Shown: one piece after another, positions 37,696 to 64,000 of the stretch | Position numbering within the stretch: position 1 is the stretch's first letter | Layout of the letters: the number at the start of each line of letters is the position of its first letter | Assembly: GCA_051362555.1 (NCBI GenBank) | Contig: CM120648.1 | Coordinates: 1,899,721 to 1,963,720, forward strand | DNA from: Lingula anatina | Lineage: Eukaryota; Animalia; Brachiopoda | Direction of reading: 5' to 3' | DNA length: 64,000 nucleotides | The notes under the pieces: model-generated | What the model saw: only the letters and a program-made list of their open reading frames with translations | Databases searched by the model: none | What the model was told of the DNA's origin: nothing | Made by a program: the position numbers and the translations under genes

Positions 37696-39707
37696 TTAGA
37701 TGTGCCACAGACACTGACAACAATTGACTGGTTCATAACACAATCCTGTGCGGTTCTGCACATCAAGAACAGACTTCTTCCATCGCCAGTTAATCAGCCA
37801 GAATGGGACCATGACGGCAAAGAATGCTGCAAGACCAAATTTATTCATTCATCTCTTATTTTATTTCATTTTTTATCTTCTTTTCTTGCATAAAATACAA
37901 AAAAATTAGTTTTTGATTTGAAACTGTAAACAAAGGTCTTGAATAGGGGGCCGTAGCAATAGTCCGAAGGTTCATTGGTCCGAATGTTCACTATAGAACC
38001 TTCGGACCAATGAACCCTTGATTAAAAAAACGATGAAAAAGTTACCACCATTTTTCGGACCAATGAACCCTTGATTAAAAAAACGATGAAAAAGTTACCA
38101 CCATTTTTCGGACCAATGAACCTTCGGACTATCGAGACGCCCCCCTTGAATAGACACATTTAAGGCACAGTTGCTGAGATGAAGGAAAAATAATTTACCG
38201 ACTTGTGGTTTACGTTTTACAAGACTTACCTATAGCACACATTGAAGCAATAGCCATGGCTAAAGAGAAATAATACAGCTCCTCTGTGGTCTGACTCTGG
38301 AAAAACAAAATAACTACGGTCCAATGGCAATGTAGTTTACAAAAGATCTGCATTTAGATCTTATATAAAAGTCACTGTATCTATAAGACACGCAATACTA
38401 TTGGTGACAGGTGTTTTGGTGTGGGTCAGATCGACAGAAGGGGGATAATTTACCAGTATTGTCTGCTAGAGTATGAGGCAAGTGAAGGAGAGGAGAAATA
38501 AGGTGAAAAACTAAAATGATTTTCTTTTTATGTCAACTATATTTTTAAGACTGTTAACACAATAGTATGTGGAGTGCTAGAGTTCACTTATGTAGACAAA
38601 CATGGAAATGTTTTTTTTTCCCTACTTACGCAATCTCCTGCTAGGGATGTTAGTATCGTAGATATGCACCCAAAAACAAATGTGACGATACCAAAGACGT
38701 GGAAGGCAAGTTTTACTTCCCTAGGTACGGGCTCCATAATAGTAAAGATAAATGTGAAACCTGGAAGAAAAATGAGAAAATACTTTTCTTGAATCTGTAA
38801 ATAGATATGCTCAAGAAAAATTAATTAAGATCAACATTTAAAATTCGTAATCTTCTAATTGGTTTCAATTTAATCTCATCTAGGCTTAATCATAGTAGCA
38901 CTGAAGCCTTTAGAAAAGAGATTGCTCTGTGGATTAATTTAATTGTGTAAAAACTGCTCTTGATGTAAGTAGACTGTCCCCTGGGGTGGACAATGAGGGG
39001 GTGGAGAATATCATAATTTTCATATAAAAACAACGGTTTCAGTTTTAAATATCTGGTACCTATCATCATAAGTGTAAAAACAATGGTGGCTATCAAGAAT
39101 TCCAGCAAGTTTTGACCACAATAACGGCCACTGTGGTCTCTGGTCATCACAAAGAACTGCGGAAACAACACCCCAGCACTGAAGATCAGAATGATGATAC
39201 GTCTGAAAGAGAATTTTAAAAATAAATAAATAAATAAATAAAAGACAATTAAATCTACAAAATAAATATTGCTTTTGAGTTCTATTATACATGGATGGAT
39301 ACCATAAGTTATTATTATTGTCTTTTTAAATTACTAAGAAATGTCTTAAATAGTGTCTCTATGCGTGTTTTATTTATGAAAGCATTTGTGGTAACTTTTT
39401 GCTTCTACCTAGCTTAATGCCATTATGAGAGATAGTTTCCACTAGAACCTGAAAATCAGATGCTGCATGGTATGTACATGTGCTACTGCTGGAACATGCA
39501 TTGCAATGCACAGAAAAGGGAAATGATGTCAAATCAATCATTTGAATTTGCCGTAAATGAATTTTCAGTTCAAATTCATCACAAATTACTTCCCTATTCT
39601 GTGGTCTCAGACATGGTCAAGTGGTTCACTCACATTTTAGCTCGGTTGTTCTGAGGGAACCACCGCGTAAGGTGGTACATGCTGTGAGCCCAGAAATACG
39701 TCCACAT
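37696..39707 (-). CDS. Uncharacterised four-transmembrane protein, 181 aa, with a Cys-rich C-terminal tail
   Basis: Exons 39707-39634, 39202-39060, 38760-38630, 38296-38230 and 37826-37696, all GT-AG and phase-compatible (2,1,0,1). Protein: MWTYFWAHSMYHLTRWFPQNNRAKIRIIILIFSAGVLFPQFFVMTRDHSGRYCGQNLLEFLIATIVFTLMMIGFTFIFTIMEPVPREVKLAFHVFGIVTFVFGCISTILTSLAGDCSQTTEELYYFSLAMAIASMCAIAFFAVMVPFWLINWRWKKSVLDVQNRTGLCYEPVNCCQCLWHI*. Confidence 0.85.
37946..38144. mobile_element. MITE with 8-bp TSD, copy 2 (inverted relative to copy 1, with an internal ~58-bp duplication)
   Basis: GGGGGCCGTAGCAATAGTCCGAAGG ... CCTTCGGACTATCGAGACGCCCCC flanked by CTTGAATA. Lies in the last intron of the 4-TM gene. Confidence 0.85.
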
Positions 39708-40005
39708 CGTGATTTTTTTCAACGCTTCTTCAAAATAAAAATCGCTTAACGCTGAAATAAGAACACAAAGTTATCTGTATGAAACTGAATGAATGATAAA
39801 TTATTAAACTTGCAAGAAACCATAAACCAAACTGTTTTGGCAAAACACTAAAAAAAATCTGATACTGCCCGTTTCAAAGAGAGATGAACATTTTTTCTCC
39901 ATGTAACACAATGGCTTCTTTAGAATCTCCACATTAGTTTAAATTAAACAATGGGAACATACCAATTAAACCAGAACTATTTCAATTTACCTTAATTTTG
40001 TTTAC

Positions 40006-40140
40006 CTTGGTCACATCATGGCGGTGACATTTCTACTCAAGTATAGATGTCAGCAGCTTCAATTTGTGTGACCAAGATAAACCCAACTCCAAGTGAAATG
40101 AAACTTTTTCTTTGAAAAATAGTGTTAGAGAATAATCCAT
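40006..40140 (-). other. Putative 5'UTR exon of the 4-TM gene, carrying upstream ORFs
   Basis: Strong acceptor tctttgtttcttttgtatag| and donor CAAG|gtaaac. Contains a 35-codon uORF (MDYSLTLFF...ILE*) and a short MSPP* uORF. Confidence 0.45.
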
Positions 40141-40564
40141 CTATACAAAAGAAACAAAGAAGCATATATTAAGCTGGCTTTACTATTTAAAAAATGTAAG
40201 GATGTTTCATCTTTTTTCATGCCCTATTTTCAACTTCAAGGTGCTCTCCTTGGGATTTTCCCCACCAACACAAATTTTAAGACTGTCTCTCCAGGTGTAG
40301 AATCAAGGAATTATATCATAGCCCAACATCTATATATGGTTTGTAACCAGGTGCAATCCTTTTTTTTAAATCTTTTATATAGTTTCATTATATACAGAAG
40401 AGCACATGAAAAAAAAAATGAAATAAAACTGCCCACTTTCTCCACACATTTGAAAATATAGAATTTAGAACTTTTGAAATATAATTGAAACAAAACACCT
40501 TAGATTTGTAACCAGGCGCAATTTATTTTATCTTTCATATACATTGTATACAGAAGAGCACATG

Positions 40565-40595
<31 letters not shown>

Positions 40596-43500
40596 TCTAA
40601 AACTGCCTCCTTTCTCTGAACTCTACTCAAATCATTCTGCACAATAAATAGGCAAACAATCTGTCCCAAGCACTACTTTTCTCCCTATGCTTTACATATA
40701 AATGCTAAATGCTGTTAAACGATTGTAAAAGCAGATTACGGGAACTCATCTTAACCTATAAATCCTTGTACAATTTCCCCCAGAGGTCTGCGTGCTTGCC
40801 ATGTAAATCAGTACTTATGCATTTAGTCTGGGCTCTCAGCAAAGTAATTTGTATGCCTATTTTATTGTGCAGTCTGATTATAAACTCACACCTGCACTTA
40901 ACTAATTATTATAATTTTGGCCACCTCTTTAACAAAGGAAAAAAAAGACCCTCTGTCCACTTAAAACCAATACACTGTTAAACAGGCAGGGGCAAATATC
41001 ATACCGCCTATGAAGTAAATACAATGATAGTCATCTTACTTACTATACACTATTATAAACACAAAATACACTTGCAAAATCCCTTACAGATAAGTTATAC
41101 ATATTTATATTTCATTATTTTCTCCAACAATTCTACACAGCTTAGGTTCTGTTTGAATGAACAGATTGAAATCCATCAGCAATACTAACATCTATGTATG
41201 ATACGTGCAATATCTATGTTTACTAAGTTATGAATTTGTGTCTGTGCATAAATTGTACAAGGAACAATCTGGACGGAATCAAAATCATAAGTCCTGTATA
41301 AGTGAGACACTTAGCCTCGGACACACTGTGTACATTCGTGTAGTTTTAAAATTCTTGACCACTGGTCACCTTGTAAGCCTCTAAAAACAGACTGTCAGTA
41401 AAATTTCAGTTATATAATAATAATAATATAATAATAATAATAATAATAATAAAGATAGAATGTGCTACCATTTACAAAATCTAACATCTAACCATCATAA
41501 CCAATTATCCAATTATTCTGAGATCATGACCAATTGACTGATCACCACAGAGGGATGCAGTCATCAGGGGCGGATCCAGAGATATTTCCTGACAGTCTTC
41601 CAAATTATCTTTGTTGATCCGTTCTTCATTTTTGACCGTCTTCCGACAGAAAAAAATTAGATACCCGCCAATGTAAACTTGAAAATCTGACCATCTTCCG
41701 GAAGACCCAGAAGATGCCCTAAATCCGCCCCTGCAGTCATTGGTTGAGAACTGAAGCATGACTGGGGTTCTTAATACCACAATAATTCTGAAACCTAGAT
41801 TATGCATTACCAAGTCCAAGGCTCTGTTCTCACAACTTTTAGATCGATCTATCACCGCGGGGAGTCTCACTAGATTACTGTCAGATAATCCCCCTTAAGT
41901 GTCCGTCCCCGCCTACTACAAGCTTTAAGGGGTAATTAACTTTCGTGTCCGCCCGGCTGACAGCTATTTAGCGTGAACCCCCAGGGAGTTAGGTCGATCC
42001 AATGTAGGTCGATCTAATCTATGAGAATGGGGTGCAAGTCAACTAAAAGATTCAGTTGATGAAATGGTTACAACAAGAAAGAAAGATATGGATACCCAAC
42101 TTCAGTTTTTGCTATCACAAGCCTCAGATTTAGGAGCAGGAATGCCCAAATGGACGACACCATCCATGATTTCAGTCCACGAATGGAAAATAAAACATGG
42201 ACACAGACAATATGGCCAGCCTTAATCCCAGTCTCTGCCTGTACACATGCATGCTCTTTTTTTCATCAACATGGTAGAAGAAGTGGGAAAGAGCATGTTG
42301 CATGTTTTGGAGATTCCTAGTTGAAAAAGAGTTACACATACTCCTCTTTCTACTTCCTTGACGAAAGAAAAAGGATTAATAAAAAGTGTCAAAACAAATA
42401 AAGCTGTTGTATCCCTATACCCTTCTATCCACACTGAATATTAATATGGCAGCAATGCATTCCTTACAATCTTGGGGACATAAGAAATTTATCGAATGGC
42501 TGGTGAATTTATGGTTTGTGTTTTGAAGCACAGTGCTTGGCGGTTGTTAATTTTACATTGGTGCTATGAAATTGTGGATCAAGTTGTTAATCTGGGCATT
42601 CTCTCTCACAGATCTGAGGCTGATGTTTGCAAACAGCTAGTCCATTTATAAGGTCTTTTATTTTTATTCTCAACTGATGACGATTTCATGGTCACGCTCA
42701 GAGTGCCCTCTGGTGGTTTAAATCTGAAGCAGTCATTCAAAACAAAAATAATAATAATAATAATAATAATATAAATAAATAAATAAAAAATCAACTTTCC
42801 TCACAAAACATCAGTAGAAAGTTTGTCCCCTTTATCATCATGCAAAGTTAACGCCAGCTTGGTTACAATTAGCATTAAGTCATTTAACTTGATCTGAATT
42901 GGAACCATGAGAGCTTAAGTTAAGAGAGCCCATAAGGATAGTTTCACTCGCTCTTTTCAATGGGAAAAAGTGTGAATTTTACCTAAACTGTATACTTTAA
43001 TGTCTTAAATTCATTAAATTCAACATTCCTACTGAATGGTTGCAACAAAAGTGAAAAGCAGGCTACCCTATAGTTTAATTCTACAAAAGCACCACAAAAT
43101 CCTATAGAAAAATACAACTTTCAAGGATTCCAAAATTACGTACCTATCTGAAAGATTGATAATTTCGAAAAAATATGACTCGTTACCTTACTACCCATAC
43201 TTTCAAATAGCAGGTCAACTGCTTATTTTCACATTCAATCATCCAGCAAGAAGTATATACAACACAACCAATTTTAACTGCAAGCTACATCTATTGCGGG
43301 TCAGTTTCTTTGTTTTAAAATTAGCAAGTGTGCATGCTTTTCAAGTGTGACATTCGGTGCACAAGTGCATGCATGAAGCTTACTTCTGCATCATACGTGC
43401 ACGTGGCATAGTTGATACAACTGTCAGTGGCTGCGAAAAGTCAGTCAAATGCTACCAAACTTCACATTTGCACATTTGAAAACGAAAATGAAAAAGCAAG

Positions 43501-45648
43501 TTATTAAAAGGAAAAGTTCAGCAATACAACTAATGTTGCCACTGTGACAGTAAAAATATTGGCATTCAGAGGTAAAATTAAGATTTTTTCAAAAAGTCTC
43601 AATCAATACATCGTGCTGTGAAACTCAGTGTAATGGATATTGGGTAGAGGAGTGTCATATTAAAACCGCAATCATAAAACTTGGGGCATACTGTACATGA
43701 CATGTTCGGAATTTGGTTAAATTATGTATATGCTCCATTGCAGTCATTAAGCATCTAAGTCAAGATTCCAATTTTTCTCTTAGCACTATAATGACTAGAA
43801 TAAAGCCTGCGAAATGAGAGAGAAACATTTCATGCAATAACAAAGGTACTATGATCACTGTGCTACTATACCGTATGTGGTCAATTTCACACCAAACATG
43901 TTAATTTTCAAGATCAAATGTAATACATTATCCTACCTTAAATAAGGCACAACCGACCAAAAATGCACTAACTGTATTGACATATTTACAACTGAAACAT
44001 TTATCGAATTACATGAAATGTGAAACAAGTAGAAAGTGAAAGAAATGTTTCAATATAACAGTGCAAATAAAGGGAAGGACCAATCCTGTATTTTCATGAG
44101 AGAAAACAACAATTATCTAACAAATACAAGCCCAGATCAGACAACATTTATATTTGTCACAAAAATTAAATACCTGATGTTAGGCTTTGGCATTTTCATT
44201 TTAACATAAAAGAATTAGTAACTAATTGATTTTCAATAGTCTGGGATCACAACCAGAGTTGGAATTAATTCTTCTAAATTCCTGAATTAGTTCTCACAAC
44301 ACGATGAAATGCCTCTTGGCTTTTAAATAATAATAACAGTGAAAATTTCAATTAAATTAAATTCTTAATAAAAATGGGAACATTGGGTTGAAGGGTTGGA
44401 AGTAAATAAAAAGAAAGTCACAAAAGTAAGGTATCATTATGGAAAATGCAGTCAACATAACAGACTCAAAGAGACGACGCAGAGAAAAAAAAAAAACAAT
44501 TTACTACTATGTTAAAAACAAAAATATCATTGAACTGTATATGCAAAGTACCACACTAAAAGCTTTGTTTTTTGGGTTGTTTCCCTAGCATGATTTGTCT
44601 ATATTATAAAGACAAGTATCAACAATAAGCACTCGCCTAAACCCTGATCCATGACACGAAAAGGCAATTTTCCTTATATCTATCATATAATAGGATAAAA
44701 CGCAACATAGGGCTTGATCTTCTTACCAATATATATATAATAGTCTTCAAAACTCATTACAAAATATAACTTAATATTTCATACATGTATATCTCTAAAC
44801 AACATTTCATATATGTTACAAACACAAAAAGGTATAATATACATATAACACAATTTACATTCAAATCTACATAATATATAAAACACAATATATATATAAT
44901 TATATAATGTAGAATATGTGTATATTATAATGAAGGTCATCATTCTCTGTATTATATTAACTCTGGACGGTTTCAGTAATATAACTGCATGTCACACAGA
45001 AATAACTATATCTTTATATTTACAAACAAATGCATGGATTTGCATCAATACGTAAAATATTCTTTAAATAGATATCATACTCATGGAGAAAAAAATAAGT
45101 CATCATTAAATAGTCTCAGAACATGTAGCTGTAGTTATCTTTTGTACAAAGTTTTTTTTTTCCTTGGACACTTTTAAAAAGATAACAACCAGGTTTGTGT
45201 CCACTTGTGGTCAAATTTTCTGATCTTTGGTCAGTAGTTTAGGAAACATCACCCTGTAGCAATCTCTTCATCTTTTAGAAAAACCTTTTTCAGCAGATTG
45301 TGAACTGATTAACTGAAGAAACACAACTGGGCTCCTCTTGGCTGCACTGTAGCGCTGCCCTAACTGCCTCACATTTTAATGCCAGCATAGTCTTCCGTTT
45401 GTCTTGTAAGCTCAGTGAAATTTTCTCCAGTTTCTCCGTACATCCACTGCTCACTTTATAAACTACTGGTACCTAAGGATGGGACTGTCTTGCAAGAGCA
45501 GTGCTGCTCTCTAATGTCTGGTAAATATACATAGCTGCTGCCCTCTACAGTTCTGTGGTACACAAACTTTTTTCTCAAGTCCTGCTGTTCAAAAAGTGCA
45601 GGTGGCAACGCCACCAGTACCTTGTCAAAAAAGTCGAAATTTTTATAT

Positions 45649-62365
<16,717 letters not shown>

Positions 62366-62628
62366 TTTGATTTACCCTAGGATCTATTTTTCAAATGAGC
62401 AGGTGATTGAAATTACTGCGCTAATTTGAGCTCCAGCAAATTTTGTCACTGAATGTAGTCGAATCACTTCAAAATGACATTTAACATAATCTATATTACA
62501 CAAAGCATTGAATGGTGCTAAAACTGTGAGTGTATCGAGCAAACTGATGAGATCAAATATTATAGTATTTTTTATATCGCAATCACACGCCTTTGCACTC
62601 CATCGATAGCATAGTGACCCCCAGCAGC

Positions 62629-62867
62629 GTTGCGTAGCAATGGCTTGTGAATTAGGTCACTCTTACACTAAAATCATCCCCTTTAGAGTAGCACCCCTTT
62701 CCTCGCTCTTCAGATAGCAAATGCAATCAACAGTTATTCTGAAATAAACCCCGTTGGGCTGACTTCCAGATTTGAATCTAGTCGAGCGGAAAGAAAAGCC
62801 GCATTGATGTGTTTTATATGGGTTAAACGGTATTTATTCACCGCGAGAACTACGTGCGATGACGTCA
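62629..62867. promoter_or_regulatory. Candidate FoxJ2/3 upstream sites: RFX X-box and palindromic CRE
   Basis: GTTGCGTAGCAAT at 62629-62641 and TGACGTCA at 62860-62867, within 500 bp upstream of the ATG. Confidence 0.35.
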
Positions 62868-63514
62868 AAGCGAATGCACCGTTTTAAGTCGTGTTTTGAT
62901 GTTTGGTTAGAGACGCTAGGGTCGCTCTGTTCTTTAACCAAAAGTAAAAAAAGCTCCAGTCAAAAAATATATACCTGAAACATACTTTAGACCCATAATA
63001 CGGACTTTCATGTGTGGGAGTTTGGGCGGGAAAGGGATTATGTATTGCTTGGGGGGGGATATGAGGTGGGGAGAGAGTTGGGAGCGTTGTTGAAATTTTC
63101 GACACTTGTAAATTTCTTCGGTCTTTAAGTCACGATATCTATTCTTTTAGAAGACAGCTGCATAATTTGAACTGTGTCTACAAAGATTTTCTTTCACCTT
63201 GCTTTTACCCAATTTAATCTTTAGGCCTATATATAGCCTATTTTTATTAATTTATTTTTAATGGGATCGCCCCCCAGACTAAAGCTAGACATGTATAAAT
63301 TTACGAGTCCCAAAGGGAAGCAACTGCAGGTTCTGCATTTTATCGGATCTGAATTTATTCAGGTTGCATGATGGGCGTTTTAACACGGTCAATATCCCCA
63401 ATTTTATTAAATATTTAAAACTATAGGGCCTTTTTTAAATAATGCCTTTCACCGTACACGTATTCAGAATTAAATTCATTTTCTATTCAATACTGTTCAA
63501 TTTCTTTATTTCAC

Positions 63515-63539
63515 GTTTTATTTATTTATTTTTTTAAAT

Positions 63540-63618
<79 letters not shown>

Positions 63619-63620
63619 TT
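63515..63620. repeat. (TTTA)n microsatellite
   Basis: Directly visible. (TAAA)n arrays also at 21068-21108 and 50454-50498. Confidence 0.9.
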
Positions 63621-64000
63621 CGCAGTATATAGGCCTATGTTTTCATATGACAATTTCAAGGTTTAGGCGAACGAGGGCGCATAATATTCGAAGCGTGGTT
63701 TTGTGAAAAATACAATTTCCAAACAGTGACGTTAATGATGTCTAGTGGCACAATCGCAATGTTTTTCAGTCAAATTACTTGAAAGCACTATTGAGGACAC
63801 TTTTATGAATTTTTAAAGGAAAATAATGGTCACCTGAGTTCCAGGCGTCTCTAGAAACTCACATTCTGTCTACAATTAGAGGCATGCGTATAAAAGATGT
63901 GGGTTTTCAATGTGCTCTTTTACTCAGGGTGGCCGAGGTTGTCGCCTCTACACACTTAAGCGTATTTTACGCATTTTTCAGTGACACGTCTCATTGTTTT

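Noticed and set aside
37696-39707. Calling the 4-TM protein a claudin because of vertebrate synteny
   Set aside because: It has no W-GLW-C-C signature and its first loop is too short.
41505-41870. 121-aa minus-strand ORF between FoxJ2/3 and the 4-TM gene
   Set aside because: It spans two MITE-like fragments (CAGGGGCGGAT...ATCCGCCCCTG and the GATCGATC family), has a non-ATG start, and shows no protein motifs.

Overview
AT-rich, intron-rich invertebrate animal DNA, probably a marine deuterostome such as an echinoderm (inferred from gene content and repeats, not proven). I assembled seven protein-coding genes by hand from splice sites and reading phases. (1) The 5' part of a divergent rhabdomeric-type opsin (- strand, runs off the left edge). 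(2) A galactose-3-O-sulfotransferase with a single coding exon (-). (3) A probably secreted ~277-aa protein with a fibrinogen-like N-terminal module, an unrecognised C-terminal domain and a GC-AG intron (+). (4) eIF5A (-), with a TCT/5'TOP-like start, head-to-head with (5) a Y-box cold-shock protein gene (+). (6) An uncharacterised 181-aa four-transmembrane protein (-) lying just behind (7) FoxJ2/3 (-). The eIF5A/YBX/FoxJ2/3 neighbourhood mirrors human paralogous loci. Introns and intergenic DNA carry Helentron-like (HINE) elements, a hAT5-like element, several MITEs, a Tc1 remnant, a decayed L2/CR1 LINE, and mini- and microsatellites. I saw no rRNA, tRNA or CRISPR features. The leads most worth following are the 4-TM gene with no obvious promoter of its own behind FoxJ2/3, the opsin with QMY in place of DRY, and the orphan fibrinogen-N protein.
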